Shown: positions 37,496 through 48,204, counted from the stretch's first letter. The stretch: 64,000 nt of DNA from Candidatus Micrarchaeota archaeon (GCA_018819225.1 JAHJQN010000005.1:35286-99285), one strand, 5' to 3'. The notes: a model not told the origin generated them from the letters alone. Translations and numbers: made by a program.

Positions 37496-38548
37496 ATGCG
37501 CGTGGCGTGGGTTTCCGATACCTTTGAACAGAATAACGGGGTGGCCGTCTACTTACATGAAACGCTGCCCTTGCTCGCCAAAAAAGTCTCCGTTCAATTG
37601 CTGACGGGAAGGGTGTTGCGCAAATACCCTTACCCCGTCAAATCCCTGACGTTCTTTCAAGACCCCCTCTTACCCGATTACGACATCGTATTACCGCCCA
37701 CGCGTCCCCTTCCCGTGGACCTCATTCACGCCCACTCCCAATACAGTTTGGGGCTGTATGCAGCCAATTACCCCGGTAAACGCGTCGTGACCGCGCACTT
37801 CGTTCCCTACCATTTTCTTGAATTCTTTTTCGGAGCCCAACAGCCGCAAATGCTGAAGGATTCGGTTTGGCAATACGAGATCTGGCTCTTGAACCATTTC
37901 GACCGCGTGGTCTGCCAAACCAGGGCCGGCGCCAACATGTTCCGGAAACAAGGCCTCCGGAGAAAAGTGGAAGTGATTCCCAATGGCATCAACCTCGACA
38001 AATACAAGCATGTTTCCGGCGAACGCTTCAAGAAAAAATATAAGGTGAAGAAGCCGTTCGCGTTATTCATCGGCCGCCTGGACGCCAGCAAGCAACCGCA
38101 CTGGATTCTGGAAACGGCAAGAAAACTCAAAAACATTCCATTCTTGATTTCAGGATCCGGTACCCTGGAATCGCAACTCAAACGCGACGCGCCCGGGAAC
38201 GTGAAATTCATGGGGCGTTTGCCCCGCGAGGATTTGCTGGACGCGTATGCCGCGAGTACGGCCTTGCTCATGCCTTCCGCCATTGAAACCGAAGGCTTGG
38301 TGGCCCAAGAGGCCATGGCGTGCGGAACGCCCGCATTCATTTCCCCACTCGACGTGTTGAAGGAAGTCGTCGGAAAAGGCGGATTCGTGTGCAAAAATTC
38401 GAATGATATGGCGGTGAAGCTCGAGCAATACATGGATGACCGTTCGCTGCAAAACGAAATGAAGGTGCGCGCGCTCCAAGAAATCAAGAAACGGGAATTA
38501 AGTCGATCCATTGACCAACTCGTTAAGCTCTACCTTTCGATGAAGTAG
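37496..38548 (+). CDS. Glycosyltransferase family 4 (GT-B)
   Basis: EGLVAQEAMACGTP and FISPL... motifs of the GT4 C-terminal domain. Confidence 0.85.
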   Translation: MRVAWVSDTFEQNNGVAVYLHETLPLLAKKVSVQLLTGRVLRKYPYPVKSLTFFQDPLLPDYDIVLPPTRPLPVDLIHAHSQYSLGLYAANYPGKRVVTAHFVPYHFLEFFFGAQQPQMLKDSVWQYEIWLLNHFDRVVCQTRAGANMFRKQGLRRKVEVIPNGINLDKYKHVSGERFKKKYKVKKPFALFIGRLDASKQPHWILETARKLKNIPFLISGSGTLESQLKRDAPGNVKFMGRLPREDLLDAYAASTALLMPSAIETEGLVAQEAMACGTPAFISPLDVLKEVVGKGGFVCKNSNDMAVKLEQYMDDRSLQNEMKVRALQEIKKRELSRSIDQLVKLYLSMK

Positions 38549-38553
38549 ATCGC

Positions 38554-38874
38554 ATGTACGCGAAAGTCCACGAACGCCGGTTCCTTCAAAATGACCGCGA
38601 GGTCGTTCGCCGCATCACCGCGATCTGCGATGCCTCATTATTGGGTAAGATATTCGAGGAAAAAGGCATGGTGATTGACTTGAAGAAATACCGCTCGTTT
38701 TATGAAGGCGATAAAGTCGCGGCAAAAAAAGCCGAGCAATTGTTGAAAGAGGCGACGAACGCGAACCTCGTGGGGAAAAAAAGCGTGGGGTTGGCGCTAA
38801 AGGTCATGAAGGGAAACGCATCCAGCGTGAAAACCATTCAAGGAATACCGCACCTGCAAATCTATTTCGTCTGA
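38554..38874 (+). CDS. Hypothetical protein
   Basis: 106 aa; translationally coupled to the GT4 gene. Confidence 0.5.
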   Translation: MYAKVHERRFLQNDREVVRRITAICDASLLGKIFEEKGMVIDLKKYRSFYEGDKVAAKKAEQLLKEATNANLVGKKSVGLALKVMKGNASSVKTIQGIPHLQIYFV

Positions 38875-39019
38875 CGCCGGCGCCCAATCGACCAATATTT
38901 TTTTGAATTTCGAATCCGCAATCCCAGACGCTCCACGGCTCGCGATAGGTCGCTATGCAAAGCAGACCCATCCATACCCGTTGCTTTTCGGGAAATATAA
39001 ACAAGTACGGAAACGGGCT

Positions 39020-39388
39020 TCACTCGATTATTTCAAACGGAATCGCGTTGCCGTTCTTATCGTAAGCGCGCGTGCTCTTCGCGGTATACGGCAAGCACGA
39101 AATGAAATGATGCTGAAAATGCAAGGAAAAAAAGCGCAGGTCCGCATGGGAGGGCCGCGCGCTATACCCTGGATGCGAGTGAAACGAAGCCGTTAACGAA
39201 GGATCGGCGGCTAAATGGTATAATTGGAAACCGGAATGATGCCTTCCGTATTCCGCCAGCGGGGCCAGAATCAATTCTTCGAGCACGTGCTGGCGTTCGC
39301 GAAACAGGCCGATGAACTCGTTCGGGTGCACGTTGCGTGCGCCTTCCAACGCGCTCTCCAAAGCCACCCGCGTTATGCGTAACATCAT
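39020..39388 (-). CDS. JAMM/MPN+ metalloprotease
   Basis: HSHPGYSARPSHAD = H-x-H-x7-S-x2-D JAMM motif with an upstream Glu. Confidence 0.8.
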   Translation of the reverse strand: MMLRITRVALESALEGARNVHPNEFIGLFRERQHVLEELILAPLAEYGRHHSGFQLYHLAADPSLTASFHSHPGYSARPSHADLRFFSLHFQHHFISCLPYTAKSTRAYDKNGNAIPFEIIE

Positions 39389-39420
39389 CCACCCACATTA
39401 TATAGTCGAAACCATTATGC

Positions 39421-40392
39421 ATGCTCATGCCCGCACTTTCTTTTAAGCAATTGGTTGAACGTCTGCGCAAACAGAGGGGGAGAACCGCGGTCGTCGGACA
39501 CGCGCTCGCCGACGTGGATGCGGTGGCTTCCGCGGTCGTGCTCGCAAAATTGATTCATGCGGAAGCATGGGCACTGGACCGCATGCGTTCGACGGCCCAA
39601 CACGTACTCCAACGCGCGCGAGTGCGACTGCCGACTCTGGAAAATGTGAATGCGTTCGAAAACGTGGTTCTGGTGGACGTCAGCAACGCGGCCTTGCTGG
39701 GAGCGCACGCACCCGCCATTGTGAAACACCCGAACGTTCTCGCTATTGATCATCACGCCCACAACCAAATGCTCCCCGTTCCGAAATACGTGGATGCCCG
39801 CAAGACCAGCTGCAGCGAAATCGTGTTTGAAATCGCGGCGTCCATGAAAAAACCCCTTTCTCCGGCGCTCGCCGCGTTATTGGCGTGCGGAATACTGGAA
39901 GATTCCGCGTTATTGAAGAGCGCCAACCAACAAACCATTCAAACGCTCGCGAAACTATTGCCTCAAACCAAGAAAGAATTGCAGGAACTCATTTCTTGGC
40001 TCGTGGAAGAACCTGCGGTCGACCAGCGTCTCGCCTCTTTAAACGCCCTCAAGAAAACCCGCCTGGAAAAACGCGGCGAAATCCTGATTGCGTGCTCGGA
40101 AACCAACGCCTACGAAAGCCGTACCTCCGCCTTATTAATTCAAATGGGCGCCGATGTCGCCATTACGAGTAATGTGAAAAGAGGAAGAATCAGCATCATC
40201 AAAAGCCGGCATGCCGCCATTAAGAAATTAAATGTCGGAATTCTCGCGAAACAAATTGCGCTTGCGTTCAATGGAAGCGGAGGCGGCCATCCGTTCATCG
40301 GAGGAATACGAGTCTCCGGCGCGCGTTCAAGCGCGGCCGTGGCGCGTACGATCGACGCGGTACGTTCTCAGGTAACGGGGTCTCGCCCATAG
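39421..40392 (+). CDS. DHH-family phosphoesterase (NrnA/RecJ-like core)
   Basis: GHALADVDAVASAV (motif I/II) and LAIDHHAHN (DHH motif). Confidence 0.75.
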   Translation: MLMPALSFKQLVERLRKQRGRTAVVGHALADVDAVASAVVLAKLIHAEAWALDRMRSTAQHVLQRARVRLPTLENVNAFENVVLVDVSNAALLGAHAPAIVKHPNVLAIDHHAHNQMLPVPKYVDARKTSCSEIVFEIAASMKKPLSPALAALLACGILEDSALLKSANQQTIQTLAKLLPQTKKELQELISWLVEEPAVDQRLASLNALKKTRLEKRGEILIACSETNAYESRTSALLIQMGADVAITSNVKRGRISIIKSRHAAIKKLNVGILAKQIALAFNGSGGGHPFIGGIRVSGARSSAAVARTIDAVRSQVTGSRP

Positions 40393-40627
40393 AACCCGCG
40401 CTGCGCGATAATGCGCGCTTCAGTTCGGCAGTTCGCGCGTCACGAGCAAACGTTTCGTACTCGAGCGTATACACCACTAGAATCGCAAAAAACACGATGA
40501 GCGCGGGCACCAACATGACCCCGCGGGCCACGACATCCTCTTGAAACACCATGCTCCCGATAATGAGAAAGAGAACAATAGACAAGAACAGGTGCGGCCT
40601 AAGCAGTAATATCTGGCTTCCAATCAT
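40295..40627 (-). CDS. Small membrane protein (uncertain)
   Basis: Two predicted TM helices; C-terminal tail overlaps the 3' end of the convergent DHH gene. Confidence 0.3.
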   Translation of the reverse strand: MIGSQILLLRPHLFLSIVLFLIIGSMVFQEDVVARGVMLVPALIVFFAILVVYTLEYETFARDARTAELKRALSRSAGSMGETPLPENVPRRSYAPRPRLNARRRLVFLR

Positions 40628-40818
40628 TAAAGCAAACCCAAACGAGAGAAACGAATAAACCGCGATATATGGCTATGGCCAATACATTGCGCGGTAGAAA
40701 GCACGCGTTCATACCCGCATATACTTTCAAGAACGCTCACCCCCAACACTCCAACACGTATAAAAAGGATTAATGAGATGAACTGTCTGGGAAACGACGA
40801 ACGGAATGGGTTTAGCCG

Positions 40819-41814
40819 ATGTTGCAACGAAAGGTCCAATTGACAGGTTCCTCGACGCTAGCCGTCAGTTTGCCGAAAGCCTGGACCAAGCGATACGATG
40901 TCAGGCCCCAAACCCCCCTATTCATTTGGGAGGGCCCGGACGGAAATCTCACGGTATCCAGAAACCACGACGTGCAACCAACCGAGGAAGCCCGGTTCGA
41001 TGTCTCCCAGTTCGGAAACCGACCCGAGAACCTACGACGCGCATTCATAGCAAAATACTTGGCGGGTTCCACGAGCTTCCGCTTCACGTCCGCAAAACCC
41101 ATCTCCAAAGTTTTCCGAAAAACGATTCTCGAGGAAAGTCACTTGCTCATCGGACTCGAAGTCGTCGACGAATCCGAACACGAGATTCACGTGCAAGACT
41201 TCTTTTCCCCCCGATCCCTTTCGCTCGAAAAAGCCATGAAACGAACGCACGATATCCTCTGCCACATGCAGGAATCCATTTCCTTGTTCTTGGAAACCGG
41301 AGACGAAAATCTCCTCATTCAAACGCGGAATAAAGACGATGAAGTGGATCGCCTCATGTTCCTCGTATTGCGTTTATTGAATGCGTCGCTCAACAGCTCG
41401 CTCATGCTCGCCGAACTCAAGCTCAGCACCAACGAATGCATTTACTATTCGTTCGTGATCCGCGTCCTCGAAAGCATGGCCGACAGTCTGGACAGTATTG
41501 CCGAACACTTGCAACGAGCGCCCAACGGAAAAAAATTCATTCCAACGCGTCAAACCATTCGCGCATTAAACGACGAAGTGCTAGTACTTCAACGCAGCGC
41601 CATGAAGTCATTCTTTGAACGCGACGTGAAAAAAGCGAACGAAACGCTGGACGCGTACGAAAAACTGCTCCCGAAATTTGCGTCCATGAGCGATCGGTTG
41701 CACGAAAAAGAACTGTCGTTCGAGTACCGGCAAACCAAAAACTCGATGATGTGGGTCGCCCGCAAAGCCATGGACATTGCGGATACCGCGGTCGACGTCA
41801 GCTATCTTCACTGA
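40819..41814 (+). CDS. PhoU-domain regulator with N-terminal AbrB/SpoVT-like swapped-hairpin domain
   Basis: N-terminal VQLTGSSTLAVSLPKAW; two PhoU-like helical repeats. Confidence 0.75.
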   Translation: MLQRKVQLTGSSTLAVSLPKAWTKRYDVRPQTPLFIWEGPDGNLTVSRNHDVQPTEEARFDVSQFGNRPENLRRAFIAKYLAGSTSFRFTSAKPISKVFRKTILEESHLLIGLEVVDESEHEIHVQDFFSPRSLSLEKAMKRTHDILCHMQESISLFLETGDENLLIQTRNKDDEVDRLMFLVLRLLNASLNSSLMLAELKLSTNECIYYSFVIRVLESMADSLDSIAEHLQRAPNGKKFIPTRQTIRALNDEVLVLQRSAMKSFFERDVKKANETLDAYEKLLPKFASMSDRLHEKELSFEYRQTKNSMMWVARKAMDIADTAVDVSYLH

Positions 41815-42132
41815 CCCGCTTCTTTTTGCTGCTGCCAGTACGGTTTCCGACGCTCCGCGTCATGCTCGAGAGCCTCGAACGCGTAGTGCTGCAATACGGT
41901 CGACATCTTCAACGCGTCCGCCGGCTTGAAGTACACGGATTCCGATCCCTCGATTCCATCGCGCCGCATGCGCATTGAAACGCTGGAGGAAAGCGGCTTG
42001 CCGTCCTTTTCCCGACCTTCCCAAAAACTCACGTCCACGCTGCGCTTCGCGTAAGGAAACGCGAACTGCAGGCTCTTCCTCGGCCTCATTTTCAACCACC
42101 CGCTTATTCAAAGAGCCTCCCATCAAAAAAAA

Positions 42133-43098
42133 TCAAAGGTCTCCGATGCCGTCCGTGCTCACCGTAAATACGCATTCGCCGTCTGGAAGACTCGGAGAGT
42201 CCACGAGCTTGGAAATGCGGCGATCCTCTTTGCTTCGGCGAAAGTACATGCGGTACGTGCTCTGATGCGCCACAATGTTTCCTCCCACGGGCGTCGTGGG
42301 ATCCCCGAACAAAATGTCGGGCCGGTCCATGACTTGGTTCGTCACGTAAATCGCTAGATTGAATTGCTCCGCCAAACGCTGCAAGTCATGCAAGTGATTG
42401 TTCAATCGCCCCTGCCGCACTTGAAGCGTTCCTCTCCCAATGTAATCGTTTCGAAACGCGCTCATCAGCGAGTCCACGACAATAATTTTGATGTTCTTCT
42501 CCTTGATGAGCTCGCTCGCCTTTTGAACGAGCAAAATTTGGTGGTCCGAGTTTTTAGCGCGCGCCACAAACACTCGCTTCAGCGTCTCATCCGCATCCAA
42601 GCCCTTGGCCTGCGCCATCTGAGCCAAGCGCTCGGGACGGAACGTGTTCTCGCTGTCAATTAAAAGTGCGGCGCCATCCAATCCGCCCTTGTCCTTCGGG
42701 AGTTGCACGTTCACGCACAACTGGAAGCCCAGCTGCGATTTTCCGCTCCCGAATCGACCAAAAGCTTCCGTGATCGCCTGCGTCTCAATACCCCCGCCCA
42801 ACAATTGATTCAATTCCTCGCTTCCCGTAGAAATTTTTTCAATCAACTTCCGGCGATCAAGCAACACCGCTCCGTCTTCGTAAGAAGGCTCGACGGCTTG
42901 CTTGGCTGCTGCAATGACCTTGACCGCCGTATTCAATCCGATTCCAGTTGCTTCAACGAGCTCGGCCGGCATGCTCGCTGCCACGGATTCAATGTCGTAA
43001 CCGGCTTCCTTGATCTTCGAGAGAATGTTTTCGCTGATTCCCTGAAGATCCTCGATGGTTTCCACTCGCTTTTCCTTTTGCGTCTCTTCATCTGCCAT
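42133..43098 (-). CDS. radA: DNA repair and recombination protein RadA
   Basis: HhH N-terminal domain; Walker A GRFGSGKSQ; Walker B IIVVDS; start taken at MADEET. Confidence 0.9.
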   Translation of the reverse strand: MADEETQKEKRVETIEDLQGISENILSKIKEAGYDIESVAASMPAELVEATGIGLNTAVKVIAAAKQAVEPSYEDGAVLLDRRKLIEKISTGSEELNQLLGGGIETQAITEAFGRFGSGKSQLGFQLCVNVQLPKDKGGLDGAALLIDSENTFRPERLAQMAQAKGLDADETLKRVFVARAKNSDHQILLVQKASELIKEKNIKIIVVDSLMSAFRNDYIGRGTLQVRQGRLNNHLHDLQRLAEQFNLAIYVTNQVMDRPDILFGDPTTPVGGNIVAHQSTYRMYFRRSKEDRRISKLVDSPSLPDGECVFTVSTDGIGDL

Positions 43099-43295
43099 GT
43101 TTCTCACCTTTATGCCAAGAGCCTTTATGAAAAAGGCATTTTCGGCCTCAATAACAGTAAACAACTCAAGATGACGCGCGTATTTAAAGAGAAGTGCCTA
43201 CCCCATTTCCACTGTGGCACAACCGTTCAACCTAAACCTTTTATTGAGGACTGCAAGATCAAGTTGATCAACTGAATCGGAAAGGTGGACGCCCT

Positions 43296-43856
43296 ATGGA
43301 AAATCCTATCGTGAACGGTTTACTGCTCGTATCCCTGCTATTGTTAGGGTGTTTAGGCGGATCCGCCAATACAGCGGCTACTCATACTCCCCAAACGGAT
43401 GAAACGCATCAAGTCATGGAGGGGGACGTGATGGATCAAGAAGAAGGAAATGCCATGCAAGACAACGGGCATGCGGACGACGGCGCGGTGATGGAAAAAG
43501 CGACGTATACGCCTTTTACGCAAGCGGCATTCGATCAAGCGAAAACCGAAGGCAAAGTGATTTTCTTGGAGTTTTACGCGAACTGGTGTCCCACGTGTCA
43601 AGTACAAAAACCGAAACTCGAGCAAGGATTCACGGATCTTAATAATCCGAAAGTGGTTGGTTTCCAAGTAAACTACAAAGACTCGGAAACCGATGGAGAC
43701 GAACAGGCATTAGCACAACAATACGGCATTACGTACCAGCATACGCACGTTATTATTGATAGCAACGAGAACCTATTATTGAAGGAGTTGACGGACTGGA
43801 GCGCACAGGAGACGGTTGAAAAACTGAACGCAGCAACCGCTCAAGCCGGAGCCTAA
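43296..43856 (+). CDS. Secreted or lipoprotein-type thioredoxin-fold protein
   Basis: Signal peptide with LGCLGGS lipobox-like motif; WCPTC active site. Confidence 0.8.
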   Translation: MENPIVNGLLLVSLLLLGCLGGSANTAATHTPQTDETHQVMEGDVMDQEEGNAMQDNGHADDGAVMEKATYTPFTQAAFDQAKTEGKVIFLEFYANWCPTCQVQKPKLEQGFTDLNNPKVVGFQVNYKDSETDGDEQALAQQYGITYQHTHVIIDSNENLLLKELTDWSAQETVEKLNAATAQAGA

Positions 43857-43879
43857 AAAACAAAGCAAGGGATAAAATA

Positions 43880-44617
43880 ATGGTAGAGATCACACTGGCG
43901 CTGGCGTTTCTGGCCGGACTTATTTCGTTTCTGAGTCCGTGCGTCATGCCGTTAATTCCGGCATACTTGACGTTCTTGGCTGGAACCACGGCTAAAGATG
44001 TGCAAGATAAAGTCGAGGGAGTACGCAAGCGCATTTTTCTAAGCAGCGTTTTCTTCGTCCTCGGATTCGGCGTCGTGTTCTCGCTTATTGGCGTGTTGCT
44101 GCAAAGCGTGTTAAGCAGCATCGCATTCGATGTCCAACGCTATCTCGGATACGTCGGAGGCGCCGTCATCATACTATTTGGATTGATTCTCATCGGAGTG
44201 CTCAAAATCCCGTTTCTGCAAGCCGAACACAAACTATCCGTTAAGAAAACGCGTTTCCAGTACCTTACCTCATTCATTTTTGGAGCGGCTTTCGCCGTCG
44301 GATGGACGCCTTGCGTCGGAGCCGTGCTCGGAGGGGTTCTGACCCTCGCGGCGACTCAACCGGGAGTGGCATTCCCGCTTATGCTCGCGTACTCGCTGGG
44401 GCTCGGACTACCGTTCCTGCTCGCCGGCGCATTCTTCTCGCGCACCACGGGAATCATTCAATGGCTGGGGCCGTACTTGAAAATCATTAACGTGTTCTTT
44501 GGAATTGTGCTGGTGATTCTCGGCATCCTCGTGTTCACGGATTCCTTGAGCCAAATCGCTAACCTCTTGATTCCCGCGCAACTATTGGGTGCGGAACAAG
44601 CAATACTCGGAGAGTGA
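43880..44617 (+). CDS. ccdA: Cytochrome c-type biogenesis / thiol-disulfide transporter CcdA (DsbD core)
   Basis: Six TM segments; conserved Cys in SPCVMPL and TPCVG motifs. Confidence 0.85.
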   Translation: MVEITLALAFLAGLISFLSPCVMPLIPAYLTFLAGTTAKDVQDKVEGVRKRIFLSSVFFVLGFGVVFSLIGVLLQSVLSSIAFDVQRYLGYVGGAVIILFGLILIGVLKIPFLQAEHKLSVKKTRFQYLTSFIFGAAFAVGWTPCVGAVLGGVLTLAATQPGVAFPLMLAYSLGLGLPFLLAGAFFSRTTGIIQWLGPYLKIINVFFGIVLVILGILVFTDSLSQIANLLIPAQLLGAEQAILGE

Positions 44618-45780
44618 AAGAAAACATGAAATGGCAGAATAATCCGTTACTTATTGGGGCCTCGATCGTGTTAATTGCGAGTGCGATCTGGTTTATTCAG
44701 ACCGCCAAAAGCCCGATTGAAAGCGCGAGCCATTTGCTTCCCAATGTTCAAACCGCAGGCTCGATCCAGCCGTTTGCCAACAATGAAAACGATGACTACG
44801 ATCCACAACGCGAGATTCCCGTTAAGCCATTTCCGTTAGCGCCCGAATTCCAGCAAATTCACGGATACATCAACGCGCCCGAAGGACTGTCGCTCAAGAA
44901 AGATTTGCAGGGGAAAGTCGTTCTAGTGGATTTTTGGACGTACAGCTGCATTAACTGCATCCGCACCCTTCCGCATTTGAAGGAATGGCACCGCAAGTAC
45001 GCGGATAAAGGCTTGGTCATTGTCGGGGTCCATTCGCCGGAATTTGCGTTTGAAAAAGAATTCAAAAACGTTCTTGCAGCCGTGGAGAATAACGGGATTG
45101 AATACCCCGTTATTCTCGATAACGATTTTGTGACGTGGAGATTTTACGAGAATCGGTTCTGGCCGCACAAATATCTCGTGGACGCGGACGGATACATCCG
45201 GTATGATCACATCGGGGAAGGCGGATACGATGAAACCGAGCAACAAATCATTGAATTATTAATGGAACGCGATCGCAACCTGCAATGGTCTCAACAAACG
45301 AGCAGCGTGACCCCTGCACCTCCGGATTTCTCGCTCATCGAAACCCCTGAAATATATTTGGGTTATGGATTCGCGCGCCAGCCCCTCGGAAACCCGGAGA
45401 ATTTCCAACCAGGAGAAATCGTCTCGTACCAGCTCCCTGAATCATTCGAATCCAACCTCGCTTACCTTGAAGGAGATTGGGAAAATGAAAACGATTTCGT
45501 GCGCCTTATCTCCAATACCGGAAAAGTCGCATTGAAATACAAGGCATCCAAACTGAACATCGTCGCCGGTTCTCCCTCGGAATCAACGCTCTTCATTGAA
45601 CTTGACGACCGGCCATTAGGAGAAAATGCAGGGGATGATGTATCGAAAACCGATGGACGCGCTATGGTGAAAGAACAAAAGCTGTACAATCTCGTTTCCT
45701 CGGCCGACTACCAATCCCGAACCATCGTGTTTGAAGTGAACGGGAAGGGGTTTGAGCTTTACACGTTCACGTTCGGATAA
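44614..45780 (+). CDS. Membrane-anchored TlpA/ResA-like thiol-disulfide oxidoreductase with extra C-terminal domain
   Basis: N-terminal TM; redoxin domain with WTYSCINC (CxxC) active site. Confidence 0.75.
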   Translation: MKENMKWQNNPLLIGASIVLIASAIWFIQTAKSPIESASHLLPNVQTAGSIQPFANNENDDYDPQREIPVKPFPLAPEFQQIHGYINAPEGLSLKKDLQGKVVLVDFWTYSCINCIRTLPHLKEWHRKYADKGLVIVGVHSPEFAFEKEFKNVLAAVENNGIEYPVILDNDFVTWRFYENRFWPHKYLVDADGYIRYDHIGEGGYDETEQQIIELLMERDRNLQWSQQTSSVTPAPPDFSLIETPEIYLGYGFARQPLGNPENFQPGEIVSYQLPESFESNLAYLEGDWENENDFVRLISNTGKVALKYKASKLNIVAGSPSESTLFIELDDRPLGENAGDDVSKTDGRAMVKEQKLYNLVSSADYQSRTIVFEVNGKGFELYTFTFG

Positions 45781-45946
45781 TTGAAAAAAGACGAAATACC
45801 GTAGCCCCTAGAGGATATTTCGTACTAAAGAATCCGAAATTTTGGCTAGTTAATGCAAATTTCAGTCACCGAAATGCTTATATATCACCTATAATCTACG
45901 ATAAACGTATCAGGATTTTGTTTATTCGAACAGAATCAGCAAAGAG

Positions 45947-46570
45947 GTGATTGAGTTGCGTCCCACCCGCATACTCGCATTAGGTTTAATAGTCGCTGGC
46001 GTCATGTCGGTAATTGTCTACGCGGCAGTCGAACAATCGGATAACACGAATGTTGCGGTGCCAACAAATAACGGAACTTCCACCAACCTATCGGTTGCCG
46101 GACGAATGCAGCAATACGTTGGCTTCTACGGAAACATGAGCTACCAGGTCCGTAATGATACGACGGTAGGCAACATTCTGTACCAGAAAACCGTTACTCA
46201 AGGAGTGCTCTATTTCTTCAAAAATGGCGCTACTCCAACGGAACCGTTCGTGAACGCCTCGACGAACAGCACCACGGATACCAATTTCTCGCTCACGGGG
46301 TATTATGTGACCGGAAACCATTTCGATACGAACGCGTCTGATGGACAATGCGCGTCCAATCTGGATCTGAAGGTATTGAATACCACAGATGGCCGAAGCA
46401 CGGCCATTCTATTTGATTCATCAACAGCTGGCACGGAGAATTACCTCTTCTGCACCAACATCAGTTCGTTCACGTCAACAAACGGATTCGGTACCATCAA
46501 CTACGAGATCGTGGTGGCCAAGACGCCAACGTATATGGCGTATGACATCTGGCACGACTTAACCACCTGA
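45947..46570 (+). CDS. Small secreted sequon-rich protein, paralog B (GTG start)
   Basis: Signal peptide; shared VEQSDNTNVA(A/V)PT(D/N)NGTS mature N-terminus and conserved core with paralogs A and C. Confidence 0.7.
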   Translation: MIELRPTRILALGLIVAGVMSVIVYAAVEQSDNTNVAVPTNNGTSTNLSVAGRMQQYVGFYGNMSYQVRNDTTVGNILYQKTVTQGVLYFFKNGATPTEPFVNASTNSTTDTNFSLTGYYVTGNHFDTNASDGQCASNLDLKVLNTTDGRSTAILFDSSTAGTENYLFCTNISSFTSTNGFGTINYEIVVAKTPTYMAYDIWHDLTT

Positions 46571-46582
46571 TGCGAAAAATAT

Positions 46583-46610
46583 GAAAATCAATACGATTTT
46601 CGTATTTTTT
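46583..46610 (+). terminator. Hairpin plus oligo-T downstream of paralog B; overlaps the TACGATTTTCGTA motif (46592-46604)
   Basis: gaaaatc-aatac-gattttc followed by gtatttttt. Confidence 0.4.
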
Positions 46611-46719
46611 ACTAACCTTTTTCGTTTTTATTTTTTTAGGATTCGCAAAGAAGAGCTTGTGAAGCCCGTTGTTTGGAAGGCTCGCCGGAAAAAACCCACG
46701 TGAGGAGGAAAGGAATAGT

Positions 46720-47152
46720 GGATGAGCTTGACCTCAAAATTGTTCGGCGCCTGCAGGCCGATGGAAGGATTCGCTTCCTCAAGCTAGCGAAAGAGCTGGA
46801 CGTCAGTGAAGGGACCATTCGCAAGCGCGTTCAAATCCTCGAGGACAAGAAAGTCGTTATTCAATACTCCGCAATCGTGGATCCCCGCAAGATCGGTTTT
46901 GATTCCGTGGCGTTTATTGGTTTGAATATTGAACCGCTCAAGTTTCTGAAGGTCGTGGAAGCGCTCTCGCGATTGGAGGAACTCTCGTACTTGGCAACGG
47001 CAACAGGAGAGCACATGGTGCTTATGGAGGTGTGGATGCGTAACCAAGAAGAGATCACGCGCTTCATCAATGAAAAAATTTCGGTCATGGACGGCGTAAA
47101 TAAAATTTCGCCCACCATCATCCTCGAACGCGTCAAGCTTAAGCATAAATAA
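46720..47152 (+). CDS. lrp: Lrp/AsnC family transcriptional regulator (copy 2, GTG start)
   Basis: About 85% identical to copy 1; start inferred by alignment with copy 1 (VDELDLKIV versus MDELDQGIV). Confidence 0.85.
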
Positions 47153-47164
47153 TGCGCATCGGCC

Positions 47165-47205
47165 GGCCCCTTGCTCCAAAACCCCTCTTCTTCTTTTGAG
47201 GGGCC
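47165..47205 (+). terminator. GC-rich nested hairpin downstream of lrp copy 2
   Basis: ggcccc...cccctc-ttcttctttt-gagggg...ggggcc. Confidence 0.3.
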
Positions 47206-47332
47206 GCTTGAACTGATAGGCGAAGCCCCCTTCAAAATCAAGAGCTTCTTCGAATACACTACAATGCATTTCACTAAGTCTAATAGCAATTATGGTATTC
47301 ATAACCAAAAGCTTTAAATATATCAATATTAT

Positions 47333-47345
47333 TACGATTTTCGTA
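47333..47345. promoter_or_regulatory. TACGATTTTCGTA inverted-repeat motif upstream of paralog C
   Basis: Same motif plus about 60 nt of flanking similarity as upstream of paralog A. Confidence 0.45.
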
Positions 47346-47402
47346 TATTTTTCTTGAATATACTAAATTAAATTCAATAAATATAGGGGTGCTTGTAAAT
47401 AA

Positions 47403-48005
47403 ATGAAAAACAATCGAGTATTTTTCGTCGCCATATTACTAATAACCGGATCATTTATGGTTTATGCGGTTCAACAGTCCGATAATACGAATGTAGCCGC
47501 ACCAACTGATAACGGAACGTCCAGCAACTTGACCGTTACAGGACGCATGGAGCAGTACGTTGGATTCTACGGCAATTTGACGATGCAAGTCCGGAACAAT
47601 ACCGCCGTAGGCAACGTGTTGTACACGAAACCCGTTTCTCAAGGCGTACTGTACTTCTTTGAGACCGGCGTCACTCCATCGGAACCGTTCGTGAACGCCT
47701 CGACGAACAGCACCACGGACGGCAACTTCTCTCTCACGGGATATTACGTGACCGCGAATCACTTCGATTCTTCCGCATCCGACGGACAGTGCGGGAGTGC
47801 GTTGAACATGCGCGTGTTAAACACAACGGACTCGCGCAGTACGGCTATTATCTATGATTCAACGGGCGCGGGAACGGAGAAGTACGGATTCTGCACGAAC
47901 CTCAGCAACTTCGCCACTACCAGCTTCGGTCGGATCAACTACCAAGTCGTTGTGGCAAAAACAGCAGGCTACAATGCATATGACATATGGTTCGATTTGA
48001 CATAG
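47403..48005 (+). CDS. Small secreted sequon-rich protein, paralog C
   Basis: About 90% identical to paralog A over the mature region. Confidence 0.7.
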   Translation: MKNNRVFFVAILLITGSFMVYAVQQSDNTNVAAPTDNGTSSNLTVTGRMEQYVGFYGNLTMQVRNNTAVGNVLYTKPVSQGVLYFFETGVTPSEPFVNASTNSTTDGNFSLTGYYVTANHFDSSASDGQCGSALNMRVLNTTDSRSTAIIYDSTGAGTEKYGFCTNLSNFATTSFGRINYQVVVAKTAGYNAYDIWFDLT

Positions 48006-48013
48006 AACTAGGA

Positions 48014-48070
48014 AGAAAATAGCGCATATTTCTTTTGTTTTTTATATTTTTTATTTTATTTTTCTTATTT
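48014..48070 (+). terminator. Hairpin plus long T-tract downstream of paralog C
   Basis: agaaaatagcgcatatttct then a T-rich run. Confidence 0.35.
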
Positions 48071-48204
48071 AAATACTAACTATTCGTATCAATAAATACA
48101 TTACTGGTAAAATATATCTTATAATATATTAATAATATTACGAAATTCGCATAAATAAGTACGAATATAGTAAATAGTATGTAATGAATTCTGCATAAAT
48201 CGCG

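Noticed and set aside
37807-38511. 234-aa minus-strand ORF
   Set aside because: Antisense to the GT4 glycosyltransferase gene, which has strong family motifs.
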